NCBI GenBank assembly: GCA_035543375.1
Contig: DASZZF010000002.1
Coordinates: forward strand, 67,202 to 131,201
Source of the DNA: Candidatus Limnocylindria bacterium
GTDB lineage: Bacteria; Chloroflexota; Limnocylindria; P2-11E
Direction of reading: 5' to 3'
DNA length: 64,000 nucleotides
Shown here: positions 18,985 through 29,380 of the stretch, piece after piece
Numbering within the stretch: position 1 is the first letter of the stretch
Layout of the letters: the number at the start of each line of letters is the position of its first letter
The notes under the pieces: generated by a model
Database searches by the model: none
Told to the model about the DNA's origin: nothing
What the model saw: the letters and a program-made list of their open reading frames with translations, nothing else
Program-made: the position numbers and the translations under genes

Positions 18985-21273
18985 TCAGCCTTTCGTCAGC
19001 CCCGCGAAGCTCGCCATGAGCTTCTTCACGCCCTTGCCGGCGAACGCGACGGTCACCTCTTCGTCGTCGGCGCGCACGAAGCTCGACACGACGATGCCGG
19101 CGCCGAACGCCGGGTGCACGACACGGTCTCCGGCGCGGAAGCGGGTGTCGCCGACCGCGGCGCTCCGGGCGACGCGATTCACCTGCGCCGCGCTCGGCTC
19201 GCGGCCGCTCCAGCCGCTCGGAAGATCCGCGAGCGCGACGGATCGACGCGCCACGCGACGCTCCTCGTAACGCTCCCGACCGCGCTCCCAGTCCAGCTCC
19301 TCCCAGACGTCGCGTTCCTCGGTCTCGATCTTCCCGCGAAGCTCCACAGCCGATGGCAGCTCCTTCAGGAACCGCGACGGCGGGTTCTCGTTCGTGCGGC
19401 CGAAGAGCTGGCGGCGTCGGGCGAAGGTCAGGTAGCAGCGATGCATCGCCCGGGTGATCGCGACGTAGCAGAGCCGCCGCTCCTCCTCGAGCTGTGCCTC
19501 GTGCTCGAGCGAGCGCGCGTGCGGGAAGACACCTTCTTCCATCCCGGTCACGAACACGACCGGGAACTCGAGGCCCTTCACGGCGTGCATCGTGATGAGC
19601 GTCGCGGCCGGCTTCGCCTCGGCGAACTCGTCGACGTCCGAGACGAGCGCCACTTCCTCCAAGAACGAGGGCAGCTGCTCGTCGCGCGGGAGATTCGCGA
19701 ACTCCCCGGCGAGGCTCCGGACCTCGAGGACGTTCGCGTGGCGCTCCTCGCCCTCCTCGGTGCCGTCCTTCAGATACGCGGCGTAGCCGGACGAGCGGAC
19801 GACCTCGTCCACGATGTCCGGCAGATCGCGCAGCCCGAGCTCCTCGCGGAGCCGCGCGAGGAGCCGCCCGAAGGCGACAATCGCAGCGGCTTGACGCTTC
19901 GGGATCTCGGCGGCCTGCTCGGCATCGAGGATCGCTTCAGCGATCGGGATGCCCCGCTCGCGCGCGAAGGCCAAGAGGCCCGCCTGGCTCTTCGCGCCGA
20001 TGCCACGCGGAGGCGTGTTCAACACGCGGGCCAGCGCGACGCTGTCGACCGGATTGCGCAGCAGGCGGAGATACGCGAGCACGTCCTTCACCTCGCGCCG
20101 CTCGTAGAACGAGAGGCCGCCGACGACCTGATAGGCGAGGCCAAAGCCGCGGAAGACGTCCTCGATGGCTCGCGACTGCGCGTTCGTGCGGTAGAGCACG
20201 GCGACGTCTCGGGCGTTCATGACGTCCCCTTCGCGGCGGAGCTTTTCGATCTCGCGGGCGATGGTCTCGGCCTCGTGATGCTCGCTGGCCGTCTGGATGA
20301 CCGTGACCGGCGATCCGCCGCGCCGTTCCGTCCAGAGCTTCTTCTCCTTGCGGGCGGCATTGTTCCGCACGACGCTGTGCGCGGCGTCCAAAATCGCCTG
20401 AGAGCTCCGGTAGTTCTGCTCGAGCTTGACGACCGTCGCATCCGAGTAGTCGCGCTCGAAATCGAGGATGTTCCGGACGTCCGCGCCGCGCCAGGAGAAG
20501 ACGGACTGATCGTCGTCGCCGACGACGCAGATGTTCTTCTTGACGCCGGTCAGATAGCGGAGCAGCACGTACTGCGCGCGATTGGTGTCCTGGTACTCGT
20601 CGACCAGAATGTGGTCATAGCGGTCTTGCCAGCGCTCGAGGGCGCGATCGCTGGTCTCGAACAATCGGCACGGCAGCACGAGCAGATCGTCGAAATCAAC
20701 GGCGTTGTTCTCCTTGAGCAGCGCCTCGTAGCGGCGCCAGGCGACGGCGGCCAAGCGGTCGAGCTGGCCGCGGGCCTCGTTGGCAAGGTCGGCCGGACCG
20801 CGTAGCTCGTTCTTCGCGCTCGAAATGACGTTGCCGACCGCGCCGGGCGAGAACAGCCGCTCGGAGACACCCGTGTCGGTCATCGCCTGGCGGAGCAGGG
20901 CGCGCTGGTCGGCGGTGTCGTAGATCGCGAAGCCGCGATCCAGGCCGACCTCGGGACCGTCGCGGCGCAAGAGCCGGGCACAGAAGGCGTGGAACGTGCC
21001 CGCGGTGAGGTCGGCGAGCGCGGCGTCGCCGAGGAGCCTGTGCAGGCGAGCCTTCATCTCCTTGGCGGCCTTGTTGGTGAACGTGACCGCGAGGATCTTC
21101 CGAGGCGGCACCCCAAGATCCCGGACGAGGTAGGCGATCCGGTGCGTGAGCACCCGGGTCTTGCCCGAGCCGGCCCCGGCCAGGATGAGCAGCGGGCCGG
21201 TGCCATGGGTCACTGCGGCACGCTGCTCCGGATTGAGATCGTCGAGGATCGGGTCCGCTGCCGGTCCGCTCAC
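18985..21273 (-). CDS. pcrA: ATP-dependent DNA helicase PcrA/UvrD
   Basis: AGAGSGKTRVLTHR, VDEYQDTN, TMHAVKGLEFPVVF motifs. Start trimmed to GTG 21271-21273 (VSGPAADPILDDLNPEQ). Confidence 0.95.
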   Translation of the reverse strand: MSGPAADPILDDLNPEQRAAVTHGTGPLLILAGAGSGKTRVLTHRIAYLVRDLGVPPRKILAVTFTNKAAKEMKARLHRLLGDAALADLTAGTFHAFCARLLRRDGPEVGLDRGFAIYDTADQRALLRQAMTDTGVSERLFSPGAVGNVISSAKNELRGPADLANEARGQLDRLAAVAWRRYEALLKENNAVDFDDLLVLPCRLFETSDRALERWQDRYDHILVDEYQDTNRAQYVLLRYLTGVKKNICVVGDDDQSVFSWRGADVRNILDFERDYSDATVVKLEQNYRSSQAILDAAHSVVRNNAARKEKKLWTERRGGSPVTVIQTASEHHEAETIAREIEKLRREGDVMNARDVAVLYRTNAQSRAIEDVFRGFGLAYQVVGGLSFYERREVKDVLAYLRLLRNPVDSVALARVLNTPPRGIGAKSQAGLLAFARERGIPIAEAILDAEQAAEIPKRQAAAIVAFGRLLARLREELGLRDLPDIVDEVVRSSGYAAYLKDGTEEGEERHANVLEVRSLAGEFANLPRDEQLPSFLEEVALVSDVDEFAEAKPAATLITMHAVKGLEFPVVFVTGMEEGVFPHARSLEHEAQLEEERRLCYVAITRAMHRCYLTFARRRQLFGRTNENPPSRFLKELPSAVELRGKIETEERDVWEELDWERGRERYEERRVARRSVALADLPSGWSGREPSAAQVNRVARSAAVGDTRFRAGDRVVHPAFGAGIVVSSFVRADDEEVTVAFAGKGVKKLMASFAGLTKG

Positions 21274-21349
21274 CGTTCGATGGTAGGTGCGGCAAGCGGT
21301 CTCATCGTCGATCGCGTCGCGACCTTCGACCCGCGACTGCGCGCCGTAC

Positions 21350-21784
21350 CTAGCCGGCGACCTTCCGCTGGCAGAAGGCGTAAAGCGCGTCGAAGATCGG
21401 CTTCGATGCGAGCCGCTGCGCCTGGTCGTTCGGGTGGTGTAGGGACCGCACGCCATCGAGGAGTGCCTCGACGCCCGGCGACTCCGGCGTCAGGTCCTTG
21501 GCGGCAGTGTCCGCGCCGCGAACGACCAGGGCGAGATAGGCCATCGCCGGATCCTTCTCCAGGCCGTACTTGCGCACGACCGCGTCGAAGCTGCATAGCG
21601 CACCGTGGTGTCCGAGCTCGACGCCTTCCACGTCGTAGGGTGTGGCGCCAGTCCGCTGCGCTTCCGTCATGACCTCCTCCGCCGGCATGTACAGGAACTC
21701 CGCCGCCGGGTCGATGAACCGTTCGATAAGCCAGGGGCAGGCGACACGGTCGACCTTCGGGTGCTCGCGCGTGATCCATTTCAT
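21350..21784 (-). CDS. ChrB C-terminal-domain-like protein (chromate resistance family)
   Basis: MKWITREHPKVDRVACPWLIERFIDP is the typical start of this domain. Trimmed from track ORF 21350..21910. Confidence 0.7.
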   Translation of the reverse strand: MKWITREHPKVDRVACPWLIERFIDPAAEFLYMPAEEVMTEAQRTGATPYDVEGVELGHHGALCSFDAVVRKYGLEKDPAMAYLALVVRGADTAAKDLTPESPGVEALLDGVRSLHHPNDQAQRLASKPIFDALYAFCQRKVAG

Positions 21785-21943
21785 GACGGCAGTATCGCCG
21801 GTGGATGGACGGTGGAAAACCCGGCCGGACGGTGGACAACTGGGCCTCGGGCAAGCGTTAACTCGTGGATAAAGACGTAGTCGCCCTGGTGCGGCGCGGC
21901 TATGTTTCATCGCGACCCGAGGGGTCTGCCAAGGGGACCGGAT

Positions 21944-22023
21944 CCGGAGATTCCATCAACGGATACGGGCCCGAGGAGCGCAACCGGAGATAGCATCAAA
22001 GGCGGTCCGAGAGGATATCGAGG
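21944..22023 (+). repeat. two degenerate ~40-bp tandem units upstream of the ECF sigma gene
   Basis: CCGGAGATTCCATCAACGG (21944-21962) and CCGGAGATAGCATCAAAGG (21984-22002) match at 16 of 19 positions and lie 40 nt apart, with further similarity in the unit tails. Confidence 0.5.
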
Positions 22024-22141
22024 ATCGGCTCCACGGCCAGGTCGCAGAGCTTCGAGGCTGCGGCAGGGCACGGAGGCAGGTCGCTCGGGTCGCTTCTTGT
22101 CCGGCGCATCCACAGGCGTTCGCTCTGCGTACAGTGAGCGG

Positions 22142-22696
22142 ATGAGCGCTGAAGCACCGACAGACGACGCATTGATGGCCGCGCTCGCAGCACACGAGCT
22201 GACCGCGCTCGCGACCCTCTACGACCGCTATGGCCGCTTGGCGTACGCCCTCGCCTACCGGATCCTCGGAGAGAGCGAGGGCGCCGAGGACGTCGTCCAC
22301 GACGCCTTCATTTCGGCCTGGCGGGGCGCCGCGAGCTATCGCCAGGAGCGCGGCAAGCCGCGCGGCTGGCTGCTCTCCATCGTCCACCACCGCGCGGTCG
22401 ACATCCTTCGCCGCAAGACCGCGTTCCGCCCGGCGCCTCTGGAGGCGGCCGAGCAGCGGCCGGCCGATGACGACACCGCGGCCATGGCCGAGCGCAACGT
22501 CGAGCAGCAGACCGTCCGGCAGGCACTGCAGGCCCTCCCCGAGGCTCAGCGGCGCACGATCGAGCTTGCCTACTTCGGTGGGTACACCCATGTCGAGCTC
22601 GCGGAGCTGATGGGTGTCCCGCTCGGCACGGTCAAGGGCCGGATGCGGATCGGCCTCCAGAAGATGCGCCGTGCGCTCGAAGGGACCTGGGCATGA
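22142..22696 (+). CDS. ECF-type RNA polymerase sigma factor
   Basis: Sigma-70 region 2 (GAEDVVHDAFISAW) and region 4 (LAYFGGYTHVELAELMGVPLGTVKGRMR). Confidence 0.9.
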   Translation: MSAEAPTDDALMAALAAHELTALATLYDRYGRLAYALAYRILGESEGAEDVVHDAFISAWRGAASYRQERGKPRGWLLSIVHHRAVDILRRKTAFRPAPLEAAEQRPADDDTAAMAERNVEQQTVRQALQALPEAQRRTIELAYFGGYTHVELAELMGVPLGTVKGRMRIGLQKMRRALEGTWA

Positions 22697-23418
22697 CCGA
22701 GCACGTCAGCGACGACCTCGAGCTCTACGCGGTCGGCGCGCTCGAGCCGCCGGAGGCCGCGCGGGTCGCCGCCCACCTGGGCACCTGCCCGAGCTGCCAG
22801 CTCGCCGCGGAGGACCTCGACCGCATCGTGAGCACGCTGCCGGGGACGCTGCCCGCGCGCGAGCCGGCGCCGGCGCTCCGCGCGCGCATCCTGTCGACCG
22901 CACGCGTCGAAACCCAGCTGCCTTTGCGCGGCGAGACCGCATGGTCATTCCGTCCGTCGCGCCGCTGGCTCGTCGGCGTGCTCGCTGCGGCGGTCGGGCT
23001 GCTCGTCGTACTCGACGTCAACGCGGTGCGCCAGGTGCGCATGGAACAGATGGAGCGCGACCAGACCGTGGCGCAGCTCCGACAGATCGGCGGCAGCGGG
23101 CGATCGTGGTACATGGCCGGCAAGGACGATTTCGCGGGGTCCGGAGGCACCATCAAGGTTCAGTCGGATGGGAGCGCCCTCGTCTTGTTCCATGACCTCA
23201 AGCCGATCGCGGCTCAGGCCCACCTCACGGTCTGGCTCGTGAGCACGGATGGCCGGTGGGTCAACGCCGCCGAGTTCACCCCCACCGGCCAGAAGCTCCA
23301 GACGGTGGACCTGCAGGCGCAGGCCGGCGGCTTCGAGCGCTGCGCCGTCACGCTGCAGGCGGATGGCGCGACGCGCGGGCCGACGGTCATGGAGTCGCGC
23401 ATCGCCCCGGCCAACTGA
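22693..23418 (+). CDS. anti-sigma factor (zf-HC2 N-terminus, one TM, RskA-like C-terminus)
   Basis: HLGTCPSCQ motif. ATGA overlap with the sigma gene. Central TM WLVGVLAAAVGLLVVL. Confidence 0.8.
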   Translation: MTEHVSDDLELYAVGALEPPEAARVAAHLGTCPSCQLAAEDLDRIVSTLPGTLPAREPAPALRARILSTARVETQLPLRGETAWSFRPSRRWLVGVLAAAVGLLVVLDVNAVRQVRMEQMERDQTVAQLRQIGGSGRSWYMAGKDDFAGSGGTIKVQSDGSALVLFHDLKPIAAQAHLTVWLVSTDGRWVNAAEFTPTGQKLQTVDLQAQAGGFERCAVTLQADGATRGPTVMESRIAPAN

Positions 23419-23437
23419 GATCTCCCGCCGGCTAGCG

Positions 23438-23474
23438 AAAGGCCCGGGCCTCGCGGCCCGGGCCTTTCTCTTTC
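23438..23474. terminator. bidirectional rho-independent terminator between convergent genes
   Basis: Perfect 13-bp stem AAAGGCCCGGGCC / GGCCCGGGCCTTT with loop TCGC. A/T runs on both sides. Confidence 0.8.
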
Positions 23475-23491
23475 GATCGAGGTAGCGCGGG

Positions 23492-25449
<1,958 letters not shown>

Positions 25450-25518
25450 GGTGGCTCCCTCCGTGCGTTTGTGCGTGTTTCGGCCAGGTGGGGGCTGGGC
25501 GTAGGGCTGCGGCGCGGA

Positions 25519-25545
25519 TTAGCACTCCCCTGGCGCGACTGCCAA
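25519..25545. promoter_or_regulatory. CIRCE-like HrcA operator upstream of groES
   Basis: TTAGCACTC-N9-GACTGCCAA compared with the consensus TTAGCACTC-N9-GAGTGCTAA. The left arm is perfect and the right arm matches 7 of 9. It lies 70 nt upstream of the groES start. Confidence 0.75.
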
Positions 25546-25635
25546 AGAGTACGAAAAGGCGGCGCGGACGTCAAGACGGCGGCCGGCGACCAAGCGAGCC
25601 GGACCCGTCGGCGCCGGTTCCCTATCGTGGCCCCG

Positions 25636-26757
25636 GTGAAGATCGACCGCCTGGAGACCTGGGTCCTCGAGGCCGAGGGCCCGGCCATCGAATTCGGCGC
25701 CGGCTCCTATTCGACCTTCAAGGCTATGGTCGTGGCGATCACGACCGACGACGGGCTCACCGGATGGGGCGAGTGCATCGCCCGGCGCGCGCCGAAGGTG
25801 CTGGACAGCGTCGTCCGCGAGCTCCTCTGGCCGGTCGCGCACGGTCGCGATCCGCATGACGTGGAAGGGCTCTGGGACGAGATGTTCGGCCTGCTGCGAC
25901 CGTGGGGTCACTACCGCGGCTTCGTGCAGGAGGGCATCAGCGGGATCGACCAGGCGCTCTGGGACATCCTCGCCCAGACCCAGGGGATCCCTCTCTACAA
26001 GGCGCTCGGTGGCGCCGGCCGCTCGAGCGTGCCGGTCTACGGCTCGAAGGTCTACACGGCCGATGTCGCGGCGATGGCGAAGCAGGCCCGGGAGAAGGTC
26101 GACGGCGGGCACCGCGCGATCAAGATCCAGCTCGGCCGGTCCGCGGCCCGGGACGGCTACCGCGGGGATATCGCCGTCACCAGGGCCATCCGCGAGGCGG
26201 TCGGTCCGGAGATCGAGATCGGGGCCGACGTCAACAGCGCATACGACGCCGCGACCGCGATCAAGGTCTGCCACGCGATCGCGAAGTACGACCTCGCGTT
26301 CATCGAGGAGCCGGTCTATCCCGACGACATCGACGGGTACGAGCTCATCCGCCGGTCGCAACCCATCCCGGTCGCGGCGGGCGAGTCGGAGTTCGGCATC
26401 TTCGGCTTCCGCGAGCTGCTGAAGCGCCGCGCAATCGACATCGTGCAGCCCGACGTCGCTCGCATCGGCGGGTTCACCGCAGCGAAGCGGCTCGGCGCGC
26501 TCGTGCACGCCCACAACGTGACGTATGCCCCGCATACCGGGTTCTCGTGCGGTATCGCGCAGCTGGCGTCGATGCACCTCGCTGCGGCGGCACCGAATCT
26601 GTGGCGCCTCGAATGGATGTGGATAACGAACCCGATCGCGGAGATCTTCGAGGAGCCGCTCCCGCAGCCGAAGGACGGCGTGCTCGCTCTCCCGACCGGA
26701 CCAGGTCTTGGCCTCACTCTCGACCGGACGAAGCTGGAGAAGCACCGGCTGTCGTGA
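25636..26757 (+). CDS. enolase-superfamily enzyme (mandelate racemase/muconate lactonizing family)
   Basis: KIDRLETW..., metal-ligand regions DVNSAY, FIEEP and AAGESE. Start at GTG 25636 (or 25627). Confidence 0.85.
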   Translation: MKIDRLETWVLEAEGPAIEFGAGSYSTFKAMVVAITTDDGLTGWGECIARRAPKVLDSVVRELLWPVAHGRDPHDVEGLWDEMFGLLRPWGHYRGFVQEGISGIDQALWDILAQTQGIPLYKALGGAGRSSVPVYGSKVYTADVAAMAKQAREKVDGGHRAIKIQLGRSAARDGYRGDIAVTRAIREAVGPEIEIGADVNSAYDAATAIKVCHAIAKYDLAFIEEPVYPDDIDGYELIRRSQPIPVAAGESEFGIFGFRELLKRRAIDIVQPDVARIGGFTAAKRLGALVHAHNVTYAPHTGFSCGIAQLASMHLAAAAPNLWRLEWMWITNPIAEIFEEPLPQPKDGVLALPTGPGLGLTLDRTKLEKHRLS

Positions 26758-27206
26758 TCCGGCCCTGGCGCACGCTCGCGCGGCGCGTCCTGCTGCGGCG
26801 GCCGCCGTGGTTCGAGATCGGCGAGGAGACGATCGAGCTTCCTAATGGGAACGTCGTCGACGACTTCGGCTGGATCACGATGCTGGACTTCGCGGTCATC
26901 GTGCCATTGACGGCCGACGAGCCCACCGTTCTGATCCGCTCTTATAAGCATGGAGTGCGCGCCGTCTCGCTCTCGCTGCCTGGCGGCGCCTTGCGCCCTG
27001 GCGAGGATCCGCTTGCGGGAGCGAAGCGCGAGCTCCGGGAAGAGACCGGATTCGAGGCGGATGACTGGCTACCACTTGGCCGCCACGTGATGGACCCGAA
27101 TTACGGCTGCGGAGCGATGCACGGATTCCTTGCCCGCGGCGCGCGCAGGGTGACCGAGCCGGATAGCGGCGACCTCGAAGCGCAGCAGATCCTGGTCCTC
27201 CCGTGA
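26754..27206 (+). CDS. NUDIX hydrolase (ADP-ribose pyrophosphatase-like), ending at a possibly premature TGA
   Basis: Nudix box GGALRPGEDPLAGAKRELREETGF. GTGA overlap with the upstream gene. The frame continues plausibly for 33 codons after the TGA. Confidence 0.85.
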   Translation: MIRPWRTLARRVLLRRPPWFEIGEETIELPNGNVVDDFGWITMLDFAVIVPLTADEPTVLIRSYKHGVRAVSLSLPGGALRPGEDPLAGAKRELREETGFEADDWLPLGRHVMDPNYGCGAMHGFLARGARRVTEPDSGDLEAQQILVLP

Positions 27207-27304
27207 GCGGACGCCGTCGATCGGCTCGATCGGGGCGAAGTGCGGCAGCTGTCGACGGCCGCGGCGCTGGCCCTGGCAGCCCTCGCGCTCGAACGCGCGC
27301 GTTC

Positions 27305-28801
27305 CTAGCGGGAGCCGGGCGGACCAGCGCGGAGCTCGCCCGCTGCAGCGGCGACGCTGAGCCGCCCGTGGCGCACGCTCTCCAGCATCAGGATCAGCGG
27401 ATCCGGCGCCGCGACGGCGACCGGAGCGCTCGCTGCGATCGCGCGGTGATCGCGCAACAGCAGCCGCAGGTGGATGGCGAACACGCCACCGAGCAGGAGG
27501 GCCGGCAGCGCCCAGCTGAGCGCGGTCCGTCCGCTCTCCGCGGTACCCGCCCCGCCGAGCGCGATGAAGGCGTTGTACGCGGAAATCACGCCCGAGACGA
27601 CCGTGGCGATGAGTCCCAGGCACACCACGTCATACAGGTAGAAGCGGCGGACGGCGCTCACGGGCGGTGACCGCCTGACGAACGGGATCCACGTCTGTGG
27701 GTAGATCAGCCCGACCACGGCGAGCGCCGCAGCGAGCGTGAGATCCCGGCCGGGGTCCAGCACCTCGCGGTCGACGAACGCGTGCCAAGCAACGCCGAGG
27801 GCACCGATGAGGGCGGCAAGCCCGACCGTCGCGGGGATCGCGAGCAGCATCCGGGTCGTCACGATGGCCGGATGACCGTTGCGTCCGCGGTCGCGGAACA
27901 GGAGGACGCCGTGGACGAGCACGAGGAGCGCCCCGGCGGCGAGCGGTGCCCACGGCGCGGTCAGCGCGCCGACCTCCGAACGGCGCTCGGCGAAGCGGAC
28001 GATGCCCGAGAGCTCATACGCGAAGGCGATCACGAAGAGCGCGACGCCGACGCCGTAGCCAAGTAGCGCGTAGGCGAGCCGGTCGGGCATCTTTGGCCAG
28101 CGCCACTGCCAGCCGAAGGCGAGCGCCCAGACCGTAAAAGCGACGATCGCGGTGAAGATACCGCTGCGCAGCGTCCGCTCCTGGAAGAGCCGGGGGTCGA
28201 AGCCGCGACCCAGCGGAGGGAAGCTGGTCGGAGCTGAGAAGAGGGCACCTGCGGCGCTCGCAGCGCTGCCCAGCAAGAACGCCGCGACGACCATCGCGAT
28301 GAGCATCACGACGATGGCAGCGCGGACCCGCCAGAGGATCCGCGCCGGCGGCGTGCGCGCGGCCCACCAGATGGCGACGAGCCCAACGGCGCCCGCCACC
28401 GGGATGACGGCAAGATGGGCGGTGAGATCAGGGCGCGCCTCGTACACGAGCACGTTGACGGCCGCCACGCCCCAGACCAACTCGAGGAGCAAGGCGGCCG
28501 CGGTCCAGAGGCTCAAGAACTGGTGTCGGATGTCGCTCGCCCGCTCCTCCTGATCCGCGAGCGCTCGCCGGACGAAGAACAAGTGGGCCGCGCCGACCGG
28601 CAGCGCGAACAAAAGAATCGCGACCGCGAGCGAGACGCTCCGCGAGATGTCGCTCGACAGGGTCGGCGGACCGACACCGAATGACTGGAGCGCCGCGCGC
28701 AGAACTAGCACCAGTGCGACCGCGGCCGCCCCGACCGCCAGTGACAGTGCCGAGTACAGATAGAAGCGGCGGTACGCCTGCGCGCGCGGAACGGCGATCA
28801 C
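27305..28801 (-). CDS. polytopic membrane protein with an internally repeated RRFYLY module
   Basis: 498 aa, more than 10 hydrophobic helices. AYRRFYLYSALSL sits near the N-terminus and AVRRFYLYDVVCL near residue 370. Confidence 0.75.
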   Translation of the reverse strand: MIAVPRAQAYRRFYLYSALSLAVGAAAVALVLVLRAALQSFGVGPPTLSSDISRSVSLAVAILLFALPVGAAHLFFVRRALADQEERASDIRHQFLSLWTAAALLLELVWGVAAVNVLVYEARPDLTAHLAVIPVAGAVGLVAIWWAARTPPARILWRVRAAIVVMLIAMVVAAFLLGSAASAAGALFSAPTSFPPLGRGFDPRLFQERTLRSGIFTAIVAFTVWALAFGWQWRWPKMPDRLAYALLGYGVGVALFVIAFAYELSGIVRFAERRSEVGALTAPWAPLAAGALLVLVHGVLLFRDRGRNGHPAIVTTRMLLAIPATVGLAALIGALGVAWHAFVDREVLDPGRDLTLAAALAVVGLIYPQTWIPFVRRSPPVSAVRRFYLYDVVCLGLIATVVSGVISAYNAFIALGGAGTAESGRTALSWALPALLLGGVFAIHLRLLLRDHRAIAASAPVAVAAPDPLILMLESVRHGRLSVAAAAGELRAGPPGSR

Positions 28802-28811
28802 CGCGGCCAGC

Positions 28812-29342
28812 CTAGATCGCCGAGTCGTCGATCTCGATGACCCGCGGATCCCACCGGTTGTCCGAACGATCGATGACGTTCTGCGGGTTCGTGTCGACGA
28901 TCAGGCCGGCCTCGGTCTCACGAATGTGGAATAGCTGCAGCGGCTTCGGCGCGGGGTCGCGGATCACGACCGCCGTCCGCTTGTCGTAGATCGATCCGTG
29001 ACACGGGCAGTGGAACCGGTCCTCGCCGACGCTGAACGGCACGGCGCAGCCCAGGTGCGTGCATTTGCGGTACGCCGCGACGATCCCGCCGGGCGGGTGG
29101 AGGAGGAAGAAGCGGCCCTGGCTGAAGAGGATCGGCGCGTCGCCCGTCGCGGCGAAGCGCGCGAGGATGTCGGCCTTCGGCCCGACCGGCACCGGCTCGC
29201 CCTGGCCGATGATCCGCTGGACCTTCAGGAACGGTGCGACCGAGGCCACGATCTCCGTACCGGCAAGGCCGGCCGCACTGAGGAATGCCCCGCGAAGAAG
29301 CGTTCGTCGCCCGACGCGGGAGGCGCGACCGACCCGGATCAT
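28812..29342 (-). CDS. Rieske [2Fe-2S] protein with twin-arginine-type N-terminus
   Basis: CTHLGCAV...CPCHGSIYD. N-terminal GRRTLLRGAFLSAAGLAG. Confidence 0.9.
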   Translation of the reverse strand: MIRVGRASRVGRRTLLRGAFLSAAGLAGTEIVASVAPFLKVQRIIGQGEPVPVGPKADILARFAATGDAPILFSQGRFFLLHPPGGIVAAYRKCTHLGCAVPFSVGEDRFHCPCHGSIYDKRTAVVIRDPAPKPLQLFHIRETEAGLIVDTNPQNVIDRSDNRWDPRVIEIDDSAI

Positions 29343-29380
29343 CTACTACATAACGGTAGTACAAGCTGTCAAGGGTCGCG

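Noticed and set aside
18931-20805. 624-aa plus-strand ORF, plus similar long antisense ORFs at 10274..11731, 23945..25504, 34690..35982, 38401..39723, 42364..43908, 51065..52762, 53264..54388, 59955..60965 and 62068..62901
   Set aside because: Each lies opposite a gene with strong homology (pcrA, aminotransferase, groEL, hemL, hemA, metG, sufB, sufS, dppC, SBP). All show Arg/Glu/Asp/Pro-rich shadow composition.
22080-22141. ECF-type autoregulated promoter upstream of the sigma gene (CTTGTCC ... CGTTC)
   Set aside because: It bears only a weak resemblance to GGAAC-N16-CGT type promoters. I cannot support it from sequence alone.
27204-27206. TGA recoding (selenocysteine, or a Trp/Gly reassignment) as the explanation for the in-frame TGA in the NUDIX gene
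   Set aside because: TGA serves as an ordinary stop in many well-supported genes here (aceB, metG, nadE, gatB and others). I could not identify a convincing SECIS-like hairpin by eye. A simple nonsense mutation or a naturally short protein is more economical.
29343-29372. TTGACA box and TACTAC-N6-GTAGTA inverted repeat just upstream of the Rieske gene as its promoter or operator
   Set aside because: The spacing does not work. Any -10 element at a proper distance from the TTGACA would sit 2-4 nt from the ATG or inside the gene. The Rieske gene is more likely co-transcribed with the oxygenase gene.
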